DNA of 64,000 nucleotides, from positions 1 through 64,000 of the forward strand of contig CAZYIM010000002.1 of the NCBI GenBank assembly GCA_964647565.1. The letters are read 5' to 3'. Each line of letters opens with the position of its first letter. Positions within the stretch are counted from its first letter, which is position 1. Position numbers and translations under genes: made by a program. Under the pieces are notes generated by a model. It was not told where the DNA came from. It saw only the letters and a program-made list of their open reading frames with translations, and did not search any database. Below are positions 21,001 to 29,818 of this stretch, one piece after another. The stretch comes from an uncultured Methanosarcinales archaeon (GTDB lineage: Archaea > Nanobdellota > Nanobdellia > Woesearchaeales > CAZYIM01).

Positions 21001-21128
21001 AAGACGACAATAGTGTTAGAAGACTTGATGATGGTGTCTATATCAAGGCCTTTAGTCATGCTCAGTATGGTGGTAAGTATGATCCTGGGGGCACAGCTAA
21101 CGCTATTGTATTTGATATAAAAAAATAG
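18081..21128 (+). CDS. Large hypothetical protein (about 1010 aa)
   Basis: Long uninterrupted ORF, mostly helical, with an alpha/beta C-terminal region. Confidence 0.8.
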   Translation: MPITTMIGEQESLLEQVILENRRIFKSIKKKIDWRQSVLGDAPTQRDIKEYRKRRRNQKDGTPYSIINPKFYDQIVEILKKKYAEPEALDKHLKNILTTFPIWQRNSKGFGFSDYNVVDFVRKYSIVDALDRSELLKLTNLVTARIKADDSYMGSDIIRKTLPSFMKIKIEGTHYETILKLAGRATGKHSGLIVEHFDKVKSEFEQRKLTRRMPKLLELHSFLEENNTHLISISHGSLSHHLDTFVKLDKHDKFFDKTIDLIIRTKTTNHYFGYDSIVESVVGYRKRLINPEKRGWFDTAIKLADAGVDHVDYLKHIRKVRRKFPKLEKMYSKFALSLGEHSKDAARNHLNNPAALRLIGGEHGYRFIRTGLGLVKDYGDRAAGYFNEAEHILKEMPEQFDDWITTGRDFSGKDGQDMFYYISHSPFAMKNGFLNDYIGCYKDLKERHNKFLRSEKKIVRDEWFASDDYNFYIENGDDPKDIKKWGDSWIESTLKERIRHHGFSSLMHHFTSFITAHEHGIPVDFWSELSWSLFNKKKDTYGDNVHKFFNMVKQGFEYKKLTEVFFDLVDFNLFNHYMDDDVEEKARMMTVINSDIHLTLKSEKLYNFSILKKVEGVPGPTLDDSWLDGIEQHVNSAFRSIWKTSPKGLTLNEKMKMLMLDGHDDDFRIQYLLKLRKKNKMPEKDFELGKEYGQVLLSGLKAYENPTQMALYLIQGLVGRDEKDRKNAESYFEPKFLETARGYVELPFLFPKIRDYMSSLRSGDEHAAKKVLHVLKETYHSKHHLLRLVSGIEGMFSQTFVYDALSIRMQNHDLSDMFDNRRIKSCVFYPRGECHEKAPTHALDRDYGILQIKPVYQANFLDPIGAALALNCADQKTKEKVLFVSSVEGGTALRRIKKKHWIPMVHTGLLSAAADNHAAKLAYHLDPGNMTAKYFINNLGKIGGVRTKLDLMKCHGDDCLMGHKKIISSMRGAKDDNSVRRLDDGVYIKAFSHAQYGGKYDPGGTANAIVFDIKK

Positions 21129-21139
21129 AATAACTTTTT

Positions 21140-21227
21140 TTGCCGCGCTCCGTCCACATAGTTATTCACTTCTGTCGCCGATTTATTTGACATCGAGTGA
21201 TTATCCTTGGACTTCGCTTGGCGGCAA
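21140..21227. repeat. Long bulged palindrome between convergent genes
   Basis: TTGCCGC/GCGGCAA, GTCCA/TGGAC, CACT/AGTG and TGTCG/TGACA stems separated by roughly 3-nt bulges. Confidence 0.6.
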
Positions 21228-21243
21228 TGTAAAAGTAAACAAT

Positions 21244-22158
21244 CTAATAATAATCCTGCTGTCTTACCTTGCCTGCTGTAATATCCACGCCTTTCTTTAT
21301 GCCGCCTAGTAATGTACGTGAGGCATATTCTTTTACAGGTCTTAGATTGACCTGGTCCAGGCTCTGGATAAGGCAGTAATGGTCTGCATTTGGTAATGGA
21401 AGGTCGTGCTGGTCATTCAGGACTCTCAACAACATCTCAGCTGGCTTGACTCCCTGATAGTCCATCAGGTCCTTGAATTTGATCATTACACCTTCTGGCA
21501 TCTTTTTGACATCAGTAATAAACATGTTGTATCTTTTGTCTCCCTTGTTATATACTATGTCTGCTACCCTGTCTCCCTGCTTTAGAATATCTAAAGGTGC
21601 TGCCTCTGGATTTGAGACAATAGCCTTGTAGAGCTTGTCAACATTGGCTTCGTGATCTTCAGAGACCTCTAGTCTTAGCTTCCTTTGCATTGGTATCTTG
21701 TACACTCTTACATTTTCTTGGCTTTCGTTCTCTCCAAGAAAATCCTTGACTTCATTTGTCAAAAGACCGAATAGATTTTTAGCAATCTTGACGCCAGTCT
21801 CCGCAATCTCGCGGACTTCATGCTTCAGCTTTGGCTTGTGGACTGTTATGCTGGACAGGTTTGGGTTGAAAATCTTTACTGGAGTCTCCTTTAGGCCCCT
21901 GTGATGGTATCCCTCGATGACAATGCCCTGTACTTCGCCTTCGACTGCGTAATCTGAGAGCTTCCTGGTGTCATCATCGCCAGAATAATGAGTAGATCCT
22001 AAGCTGGCTTTCACCACTTTAAGACCTTTGATATTGGGCTTGGCGAAAGGATTCTGCCTGTTGTTGACATCTACCAGAAGATCTCTTTCTGTATTGTTTA
22101 GTATGTTTAAGAAATAATCTATTGTTTCTTTGCTTAATCTTTGTAACATGGGTATCAC
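21244..22158 (-). CDS. Hypothetical protein
   Basis: 304-aa ORF, no recognised motif. Confidence 0.65.
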   Translation of the reverse strand: MIPMLQRLSKETIDYFLNILNNTERDLLVDVNNRQNPFAKPNIKGLKVVKASLGSTHYSGDDDTRKLSDYAVEGEVQGIVIEGYHHRGLKETPVKIFNPNLSSITVHKPKLKHEVREIAETGVKIAKNLFGLLTNEVKDFLGENESQENVRVYKIPMQRKLRLEVSEDHEANVDKLYKAIVSNPEAAPLDILKQGDRVADIVYNKGDKRYNMFITDVKKMPEGVMIKFKDLMDYQGVKPAEMLLRVLNDQHDLPLPNADHYCLIQSLDQVNLRPVKEYASRTLLGGIKKGVDITAGKVRQQDYY

Positions 22159-22313
22159 CTGAACTGGTTTTAATTAGGGGAATGTAAATTAGTTTTTAAT
22201 TCTTTCGATGGATTGCTACTCTTGAGTGATTATGAATTAGAACGCTGTTAAAATGTCCAAATAAAACTAATTAGGAAATTTAGAGCTGAATATTAAAAAA
22301 ATAAAAAAAAGAA

Positions 22314-22949
22314 TTATTCCTGTATCACCTTGATTGTTGGCCTCATTATATAGTTTTCTCCTGCCTTATGGACAGATTTTTCTGCATCGAAGTCAAGGGT
22401 TAGAGTAGTTGTCTGATTTGCAACTATATCGAAGTTCTTGACTAACTTTATCTTTTCACTAGGTATAGTCAATGAAGCCTCTTCACCGCTCAGGAAAAGC
22501 TTGGCAGAGTCAACACTTAGGCGTATTTGGGTGTATTTGCCTGCCTCAAACTCCTTAGATCCTAAGAACTCTTTAACATCCTTGATCTGGATAAGATCAT
22601 AAGTGACAGGACCCTCAACCACTGTACTCCAACCTGCCTCATCAGTCACATTTTCGCATGTCTCGACCAATTGGCTTACATTTTCACAGATAGTAGTATC
22701 ATTATTGCATATCTCTTCAATAACTGTTTCGTTGGTACATACTAATTCTAAGTTGCCGCCAGCTGTATGAACCTGTATATTTGAAATGATCACTTCAAGT
22801 GCTGTTATGTTCAGGGTTTCAGGTTTTGCATCTGTTATCTGCAAGTTCAAAGTACCTGTACTATCTATGGTTTCAGGGGTTGGCGTATTACAACCGTTCA
22901 CCAGAAATAATGTTATAACCAAAATGGATATAATAAAAACAGTTCTCAT
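22314..22949 (-). CDS. DUF4382-domain lipoprotein
   Basis: Lipobox-like VNGC, GTLNLQITDA, GKYTQIRL, LTLDFDAEKSV, YIMRPTI. Confidence 0.85.
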   Translation of the reverse strand: MRTVFIISILVITLFLVNGCNTPTPETIDSTGTLNLQITDAKPETLNITALEVIISNIQVHTAGGNLELVCTNETVIEEICNNDTTICENVSQLVETCENVTDEAGWSTVVEGPVTYDLIQIKDVKEFLGSKEFEAGKYTQIRLSVDSAKLFLSGEEASLTIPSEKIKLVKNFDIVANQTTTLTLDFDAEKSVHKAGENYIMRPTIKVIQE

Positions 22950-23049
22950 AAATATCACCCTCTTTTATTTTTATGAATCTTAAAGTTCTTATAGTTTATA
23001 AAATTTTATTTTTTATTAACCTTCTAGGTAAAAAATAGATAGAAAAAAG

Positions 23050-23208
23050 CGCCAAGGCCCAGACTTTCAGGTTGGTGCCCGCAATTGGTCACCGACTGTT
23101 TGAACTGGGAATTCCATACGGAACAAGCTATCCTGCAAATGGATTCCAGGCTTGCGCAATATCCCGCCAGATAATTTCTCATCCAGTACCGGGTTATGCG
23201 ACCTTGGC
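23050..23208 (-). tRNA. tRNA-Ser(GGA) with three introns (D-loop 23161-23187, 37/38 23130-23143, T-loop 59/60 23064-23098)
   Basis: Removing 27+14+35 nt gives an 83-nt cloverleaf: GCCAAGG/CCTTGGC acceptor, CAAGC-CTGGAAA-GCTTG anticodon arm, long variable arm TTCC-GTAT-GGAA, CCCAG-TTCAAAT-CTGGG T arm, discriminator G. Clear BHB for the D- and T-loop introns. Confidence 0.9.
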
Positions 23209-23283
23209 GTGAACGTGAGTGAATGCCATTGGCGCGACCAGCAAACTTTTTTTTTGTTTGCTCTGTATGCGACCTTGGCGTGA
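23195..23283. repeat. 18-bp direct repeat duplicating the tRNA-Ser 5' end
   Basis: TATGCGACCTTGGCGTGA at 23195-23212 and 23266-23283. Confidence 0.9.
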
Positions 23284-23307
23284 GCGTTAAGAATGAATTT
23301 CAGTTCC

Positions 23308-23315
23308 TTTATAAA
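23308..23315 (-). promoter_or_regulatory. TATA box for the tRNA-Ser locus
   Basis: TTTATAAA about 30 nt upstream of the duplicated tRNA 5' end. Confidence 0.55.
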
Positions 23316-23317
23316 AA

Positions 23318-23731
23318 TTATTGTTTAGAAAGCGCGTCCATTGCATCTGTTACTCTTTGTTGCATCCAATCTGGGTAGTCTCCTTCTAATATCTCTTCTG
23401 GCGTAACCCAGGTGTGGTGCGTGTGCTCGTCGCTTAGTTTGACATCACCACTTTTGTATTTGCAATAGAATGTGGTTCCGACTATCTGTGTATTCTCGTC
23501 AAACATAAAACTCCATGAACTGGTGGGCTTTACTATCTCTACTTCAAGACCGGTTTCCTCTTCTATCTCCCTCTTCAAGCCTTGTTTTGGGCTTTCTCCA
23601 AATTCCAGCTTGCCTCCAGGAAAGTCCAGCTCGTTAGGATTAAACTTTTCTTTTTCGCTTCGGGATATTAGAAGGATTTTTCCCTCTTTTTGTATGATTC
23701 CTTTTGCTGCAACTCGTGTCTTTTGTTCCAT
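23318..23731 (-). CDS. NUDIX hydrolase
   Basis: Nudix box PGGKLEFGESPKQGLKREIEEETG. Confidence 0.95.
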   Translation of the reverse strand: MEQKTRVAAKGIIQKEGKILLISRSEKEKFNPNELDFPGGKLEFGESPKQGLKREIEEETGLEVEIVKPTSSWSFMFDENTQIVGTTFYCKYKSGDVKLSDEHTHHTWVTPEEILEGDYPDWMQQRVTDAMDALSKQ

Positions 23732-23836
23732 GACCAAAAGTTGTCCAGTTTTCGTTTATAAGTGTTGCTCTTTGTAACCGAAATCTATATATAGTTAGGA
23801 AATCAATATTAGTGTTTAATCTAGGAGGGTGGCACT

Positions 23837-24622
23837 ATGGATATGAAAAAACTGTCGATAGGAATATTGTTAGCATTGGGCGTAACGTTTGGATCAACAA
23901 AAGCTTTGGCGCAGAAGAAGGTATATCCTCGTACAACTTTTCAGGCAGAGCAGGTTGTGGCATATCTGGAATCTGATGCGGATACACTGAGTCATGCCGA
24001 GCATGTTATGCTTGGAGACTCAATTAAACCAAAAAAAGATTATCCTAAGGTTATCCTGCTTGGGGAGACTGATAAGGGATACCTGAAAGCAGAATTCTCA
24101 ATGGGCAGTTCTCTTAATACACTTTATACTGAGGAACTTCCAGAAAAATGGGAAGATAGATATGGATATGCAATCATAGATGGAAAAAAAAGAATAATAG
24201 AATACCTTCATCCAAAGCCAGTGCTACAACATCTGACTAAAACATGCAATAATCTCAATTTACATCTTTATGCTGAGACTGGTGAAGAAGTGTTCTGGCT
24301 TATGGATAAAGGTCCTGTCCTTCCGACAGCTGCGCCAGGTCACGGGCCTTTTGAATATGGAACGATTGACGAGGCAATAAATCGTAATTACCCTCGGGGC
24401 TGGGATATAGAAAATGTTAAGCCAATGACGCCTCTTTATGATAAGTTACTTGCTATAGTGTCTGGTCATCTGGCTGATACAAAAAGTTATCCGATACCCC
24501 AGATTCCTCTAAAGAAGGAAAAGATTTCTGACTCTCCTGACAAGGAACTTATTGAGAAGTTCTACAATGTTGATTGGAAGGTTTATCAGAAAGTAAATGT
24601 AATAGATCTTGGTAAACCCTGA
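23837..24622 (+). CDS. Secreted hypothetical protein
   Basis: GGAGG RBS; Sec-type signal ending ALA. Confidence 0.65.
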   Translation: MDMKKLSIGILLALGVTFGSTKALAQKKVYPRTTFQAEQVVAYLESDADTLSHAEHVMLGDSIKPKKDYPKVILLGETDKGYLKAEFSMGSSLNTLYTEELPEKWEDRYGYAIIDGKKRIIEYLHPKPVLQHLTKTCNNLNLHLYAETGEEVFWLMDKGPVLPTAAPGHGPFEYGTIDEAINRNYPRGWDIENVKPMTPLYDKLLAIVSGHLADTKSYPIPQIPLKKEKISDSPDKELIEKFYNVDWKVYQKVNVIDLGKP

Positions 24623-24770
24623 TCAGAATGAAACATAACCCTGTCGCTGTGTTCCTTATTTATACTTATTTAAGATACCTAAACTTACTGATTTCAAAAG
24701 AATTCAGACGTTTTGAAATAGTGAACCTATTTCAATAACTTTTTAAATAAATCCTTTTTCTCAAGGCATC

Positions 24771-25025
24771 ATGGAAGGAACTATAGCTAATTTCGTACAG
24801 GGAAGACATCATACCAAAGGCAACCATATGATTATTGTTGTCAATGGAGTGGATTCTAGAGACAAGGCTAAAGGATTAGTCGGTAAGAAAGTAGTTTTCA
24901 ATACAGGAAAAAAGGATATTTCTGGTAAAGTGGCATCTGCCCATGGCAACTCTGGTGCTATAAGGGTCATCTTTGAGACAGGTATGCCAGGCCAGAGCCT
25001 AGCTCAGAAAGTAAAAATAGAATAA
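24771..25025 (+). CDS. rpl35ae: 50S ribosomal protein L35Ae (eL33)
   Basis: GKVASAHGNSGAIRVIFETGMPGQ. Confidence 0.95.
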   Translation: MEGTIANFVQGRHHTKGNHMIIVVNGVDSRDKAKGLVGKKVVFNTGKKDISGKVASAHGNSGAIRVIFETGMPGQSLAQKVKIE

Positions 25026-25036
25026 AAATTCTTTTT

Positions 25037-25255
25037 CTAGAATTGTCGTATCATAAGAGCATCTATAATTAGAAAGATACCACCAATAGCGAGCAAGACA
25101 TGTAATATCAAAGCAGGGATGGCGGGAAGAGTTATCTGAACTAAGCCCAACTGTACAACTGCCAAGAATATCATGATAAGTCCAAGTAATATGCTGATTG
25201 CCTTAATGCCGTTTTTGCCACCGCCCATACCTTGTGCCAATTTATTATTAAACAT
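25037..25255 (-). CDS. Small membrane protein
   Basis: Two TM helices; AGGTGA RBS. Confidence 0.65.
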   Translation of the reverse strand: MFNNKLAQGMGGGKNGIKAISILLGLIMIFLAVVQLGLVQITLPAIPALILHVLLAIGGIFLIIDALMIRQF

Positions 25256-25570
25256 GATTTCACCTACTTTACACTTACTCTGATAAACACACTATTTAAA
25301 TGTTTCTCTTTTATATGTCAGAGATAAATCACAGTTTAGATTGTGGACGAAGTCCCTTTCAAATTATTGAATATTCTTTATCTCTGATCATGATCAAGAA
25401 CCATCTAGTTAAATTGTCAAGAAGATTGTTTCATTAATGCCACTTGTTAGTAATTAGTGGTTCTTGACAAAAGAACAATAATTTTATAAAGGAAATAATA
25501 ATTCCTAAGCAGGAAGGAGAAACAAAGACGCAGAAAGGGGTGCCTGATTTCTCTATTATATATAGCAAAA

Positions 25571-25930
25571 ATGACTAAATTAAAACCCTTATTACCTACA
25601 TTAAAAGAGAAGAAAAGATATCTTGTTTTTGAGATTATCAGTCAAAAACCATTAGTTAGAGATATATCCAAAGAGTTAGTTACAAAAGTTCAACGTATTT
25701 TGGGAGTATTCGATGCTGCGAAAGCAGGACTCATGAGTATAAGGTATAATGTGAATACGCAGAGGGGTGTGATGAAGGTGAGTAACAAATATGTTGAGAA
25801 GTTGAAGGTGAGTTTAATGCTGACCAACATGCTGGAAAACCAGGATGTGTTGGTACAATCTCTTGGGGTGTCAGGTGTTCTGAAAAAAACTGAGAAGTTT
25901 CTGAAGATTCCTAACAAACTAGCAGGATAA
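25571..25930 (+). CDS. rnp2: RNase P protein component Pop5/Rpp14
   Basis: LKPLLPTLKEKKRYLVFEI...VSGVLKK; position before psmA. Confidence 0.92.
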   Translation: MTKLKPLLPTLKEKKRYLVFEIISQKPLVRDISKELVTKVQRILGVFDAAKAGLMSIRYNVNTQRGVMKVSNKYVEKLKVSLMLTNMLENQDVLVQSLGVSGVLKKTEKFLKIPNKLAG

Positions 25931-25989
25931 AGATAAAAAAAAGGAAATAATTTAAAAGATAATATATCGAGGTATTGAGGTTAAAAAAA

Positions 25990-26706
25990 ATGGAACCATT
26001 ACAACACCAAATGATGGGATATGATAGGGCTATAACCATGTTTAGTCCTGATGGACGACTGCTGCAGGTAGAATACGCAAAGAAGACAGTTCGCTTAGGC
26101 AACACAGCTATTGGTATGGTTTGTACTGACGGTGTCATCCTTGTGACTGATAAGAGAATAGTGGACAAACTTGTTGTATCTGAAGCAATAGAGAAGATAT
26201 TCCAGATTGATGATCATTTAATGGCTACAGCTGCAGGTATTATCAGTGATGCAAGAATCCTGGTTGAAAGAGCTCAACTTAAGGCTCAGCAGCACATGGT
26301 AACATATGACAGCCCAATCGATAGTATTAGTATTGTCAGGGACATCTGTAATCTTAAACAGATGTGTACCCAGTCTGGTGGATTGAGGCCGTTTGGTGTG
26401 TCACTTTTGATTGCAGGAGTAGATGAAAGCGGTATGAAGCTCTTTGAGACGGATCCCACAGGCATATACTATCAGTATAGAGCCTCAGCAATCGGGGAAG
26501 GAGAGCCAGAGATAGAAGAAATCCTCCAAAAGGAGTACAAGGATTCAATGACAGTGGAAGAAGGACTAAAGCTTTGCATTAAGGCCTTAAAAAAAGTGCT
26601 TGATTCCAACTTCAATCATGAGAGGATCGATGCTGCATTCATATCTGAGAAGAATAAGAAAATGCAGAAATTCCCCAGAACAACCATTGCTAAGATATTA
26701 AAATAA
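25990..26706 (+). CDS. psmA: Proteasome alpha subunit
   Basis: GYDRAITMFSPDGRLLQVEYA, RPFGVSLL. Confidence 0.98.
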   Translation: MEPLQHQMMGYDRAITMFSPDGRLLQVEYAKKTVRLGNTAIGMVCTDGVILVTDKRIVDKLVVSEAIEKIFQIDDHLMATAAGIISDARILVERAQLKAQQHMVTYDSPIDSISIVRDICNLKQMCTQSGGLRPFGVSLLIAGVDESGMKLFETDPTGIYYQYRASAIGEGEPEIEEILQKEYKDSMTVEEGLKLCIKALKKVLDSNFNHERIDAAFISEKNKKMQKFPRTTIAKILK

Positions 26707-26718
26707 AGGTGAAAAATT

Positions 26719-27438
26719 ATGAAAGGATTTCAAACATTTGATCGTGAAAGGGTCTCATTTAACCTGGCTAAACTTAAGAAAGGCGGGGAAACATTTGAGA
26801 TAGCAATAGACCCGGATCTTGCAATAGATCTAAAACATGGTAAGGATGTTGATATGAGAGACGTATTAAAGTCTGAAGATATTTTTTCAGACGCAAAAAA
26901 AGGTACTCTTGCATCAGAAAGTAAGATGCATGAGTTATTTAACACTTCTGATCCTCTGAAAGTGGCCGAAGCCATCATTAATGATGGCCAGATTCAGCTC
27001 TCTTCAGAGTATCGAGAAAAACTTAGAGAGGAAAAAAAGAATAAAATAGTCAATATCATTCATCGAAATGCTATTGATCCGAAAACTAATCTACCACACC
27101 CTCCACAAAGAATCGAAAATGCATTCAAGGAGGCAAAGGTACATATTGATGAGTTCAAAAAAGCAGAAGAACAGGTAGAAGATATTGTAGATAAACTAAG
27201 ACCTATAATCCCAATCAAATTTGCTACTAGAAAGATTGAAGTTCATATTGGTTCTGAATATGCTGCCAAATTATACGGCACAATTCAGTCCTTTGGCAAG
27301 ATTTCTAAAGATAATTGGTTAGGAGATGGTTCTTGGAGTGCAATTGTAGAAATTCCTGCCGGACTTCAAACAGATTTCTTTGAAGAGCTCAACAACAAGA
27401 CACACGGATCAGTACAGGTGAAGATATTAGAAGAATAG
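26719..27438 (+). CDS. Ribosome maturation factor SBDS/Sdo1
   Basis: IFSDAKKG and IDPKTNLPHPPQRIE motifs. Confidence 0.96.
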   Translation: MKGFQTFDRERVSFNLAKLKKGGETFEIAIDPDLAIDLKHGKDVDMRDVLKSEDIFSDAKKGTLASESKMHELFNTSDPLKVAEAIINDGQIQLSSEYREKLREEKKNKIVNIIHRNAIDPKTNLPHPPQRIENAFKEAKVHIDEFKKAEEQVEDIVDKLRPIIPIKFATRKIEVHIGSEYAAKLYGTIQSFGKISKDNWLGDGSWSAIVEIPAGLQTDFFEELNNKTHGSVQVKILEE

Positions 27439-27458
27439 AATACATATAGGTGATTTAC

Positions 27459-28256
27459 ATGAGTGAATTATTAGTAAAAAATAAAGATGTTGTTGCACCT
27501 GGACAAGTTCTTGCCGTTGGCATGGATTACTTGCCCAGTAATGGAACATATAGATTAGATGATAAGATACTAGCAAACAGGCTCGGTCTTATCACAGTAG
27601 ATGGAAAAGTAATAAAGTCGATTCCGCTTGCAGGTAGATATATGCCTAAGCCAAAGGATATTATAATTGGCAGGGTTAAAGATATCTTAATGACTGGTTG
27701 GAGAATGGACATAAGCAGTCCTTATTCAGCTGTTCTTTCTGTTAGAGATACCAGAGAGTTCATAAGGAATACAGATGATCTTTCTAGGGCATATGCACTT
27801 GATGACTGGGTTGTTGTGATGATAACTAAGGTAACAAGCCAGAATCTTGTAGATGTGTCGATGAAAGGCCCTGGAGGCTTAAGAAAGCTGAGAGGTGGCA
27901 GAATAATCAAGGTAAATACCCATAAGGTCCCAAGGATAATTGGAAAGAAGGGATCAATGGTGTCCATGATTAAATTGGCAACAGATTGTCAGATAACTGT
28001 CGGCCAGAATGGTAATGTGTGGATTTCAGGAAACGATCCAAATAAGGAGCTAGTGGCTGTTTTAGCAATACAGATGATTGAAGAACAATCACACGTTTCT
28101 GGATTGACCAATATTATCAAGAAGTTCTTGGAGGAAAAGACAGGAGCCAAGATTCCTGATGCTCCGATGAATGAGGACAACCACCAAAGCCAACATGGTG
28201 ATAATCATCAACATGGTGATAACCACCAACAACATTCCAGGGAGGGATCACAATGA
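27459..28256 (+). CDS. rrp4: Exosome subunit Rrp4
   Basis: S1 and KH domains (VPRIIGKKGSM, GQNGNVW); short HGDNHQ repeat tail. Confidence 0.96.
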   Translation: MSELLVKNKDVVAPGQVLAVGMDYLPSNGTYRLDDKILANRLGLITVDGKVIKSIPLAGRYMPKPKDIIIGRVKDILMTGWRMDISSPYSAVLSVRDTREFIRNTDDLSRAYALDDWVVVMITKVTSQNLVDVSMKGPGGLRKLRGGRIIKVNTHKVPRIIGKKGSMVSMIKLATDCQITVGQNGNVWISGNDPNKELVAVLAIQMIEEQSHVSGLTNIIKKFLEEKTGAKIPDAPMNEDNHQSQHGDNHQHGDNHQQHSREGSQ

Positions 28257-28975
28257 CTGACCAAAAACGACCAGACGGAAGAGCCATGGATGAACCCCGA
28301 CCTATGGAGGCTAAAGCAGGAGTTATCAAGAAAGCAGACGGATCTGCATACTTTAGAATTGGTAGGACCTTTGCTTATGCAGCAGTTTATGGACCCAGGG
28401 AACTTCATCCAAGATCCATGCAGGATCCTAAAAGAGGCTTGTTGAGAGTTAACTACAACATGATGCCTTTCTCAGGTGATGGTGATAGGGTAAGGCCAGG
28501 ACCAAGCAGGCGTTCAAAGGAAATATCACAGGTTACAGCATTGGCATTTCTGCCAGTAGTTGATCTTGAAGATTATCCTAATGCAGTTGTTGATGTATTT
28601 ATTGAGCTGCCAGAAACAAATGCAGGTTCACGATGTGCAGGCATATGTGCAGCTTCAATAGCTCTGGCCGATGCAGGCATAACCATGAAGGACATGGTGG
28701 CATCTGTATCTGGTGGTAAGGTAGGCGATTCCCTTAGGATTGATTTGGATGGAGAAGAAGAACATATCGACGATGTTGATGTTGCCGACATACCAATTGC
28801 AGTGGTGCCAAGTACTGGCGAGATAACTCTATTGCAGATGGATGGTTTTATCAAAAAAGATGAACTCCTTAGTGTTATGGAGACTGTGAAAAAGAAATGT
28901 GCAGAGATTGCAGAGGTGCAGAGGCAGGCGATAAGAGACCGGTTTGCAGTTACAGCAGGTGATAAAAATGAATGA
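28253..28975 (+). CDS. rrp41: Exosome subunit Rrp41
   Basis: RPDGR..EPRP, ADGSAY, VYGPRE, LLQMDG. Confidence 0.96.
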   Translation: MTDQKRPDGRAMDEPRPMEAKAGVIKKADGSAYFRIGRTFAYAAVYGPRELHPRSMQDPKRGLLRVNYNMMPFSGDGDRVRPGPSRRSKEISQVTALAFLPVVDLEDYPNAVVDVFIELPETNAGSRCAGICAASIALADAGITMKDMVASVSGGKVGDSLRIDLDGEEEHIDDVDVADIPIAVVPSTGEITLLQMDGFIKKDELLSVMETVKKKCAEIAEVQRQAIRDRFAVTAGDKNE

Positions 28976-29759
28976 AGATGTAAAAAAGCACATCAGTGAT
29001 TGCCTGTTGAAAGGTATAAGGCTAGATGGTCGAAAAAAGAATGAATTTAGAGATATTGAAATTCAGACTGGTGTCAGTTCAACTGCAGAAGGCTCGGCAA
29101 GAGTCAAGTGCGGCGATACTGAAGTGATTGCAGGAGTCAAGATGGCAGTTGGAGTACCATATCCTGACAGCCCAGACGATGGTGTGTTAATGGTTGGAGC
29201 AGAACTTCTTCCGTTATCAAATCCTGAATTTGAGTCCGGACCTCCAAGGTTTGCGTCAATCGAGATTGCCAGGGTTATTGACCGAGGCATAAGAGAGAGT
29301 AAGACCATAGATACAAAATCACTTTGTATTGAACCAGGCAAGAAAGTATGGATGGTCCAGGTAGATATTTGCCCTATTAACTCAGATGGAAACTTAATAG
29401 ACATAGGTTCAATTGCAGCTCTTGCAGCTCTTAAGACAGCAAAGTTCCCTTCATATGATGAGAAACTTGAAAAAGTAGACTATCATACTAAAACAGACAA
29501 AAAGCTTCCGCTTTCAAAGAATCCCATACCTGTGACTGTTATCAAGATAGGTGATAATCTTCTGGTCGATCCTCTTGAAGCTGAAGAGAAGGCATTGGAT
29601 GCCAGGTTGACAGTTACTCATATTGACGATGGTAAGATATGTTCTCTGCAGAAAGGTGGAGAGGCGTCCTTGACTGTTGAGGATATTGATGCTATGGTTG
29701 CTCTTGCAGATGAGAACAGCAAAAAGTTAAGGGAGCAGATAAATAAAGTTGAAGGGTGA
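28968..29759 (+). CDS. rrp42: Exosome subunit Rrp42
   Basis: RLDGR, AEGSARVK, FESGPP, RVIDRGIRES, LQKGG. Confidence 0.96.
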   Translation: MNEDVKKHISDCLLKGIRLDGRKKNEFRDIEIQTGVSSTAEGSARVKCGDTEVIAGVKMAVGVPYPDSPDDGVLMVGAELLPLSNPEFESGPPRFASIEIARVIDRGIRESKTIDTKSLCIEPGKKVWMVQVDICPINSDGNLIDIGSIAALAALKTAKFPSYDEKLEKVDYHTKTDKKLPLSKNPIPVTVIKIGDNLLVDPLEAEEKALDARLTVTHIDDGKICSLQKGGEASLTVEDIDAMVALADENSKKLREQINKVEG

Positions 29760-29818
29760 GAAAATGCTTAAAAATCGTTACACAATTTTTAGCATATTTA
29801 AAACCGGAGGTTTTAAAC

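Noticed and set aside
25340..25545. RNase P RNA upstream of rnp2 (GAAGTCCCTT and CAGAAAGGGG resemble the P4 strands)
   Set aside because: The GAGGAAAG and CTTA consensus parts are missing and the region is AT-rich; needs an Infernal test
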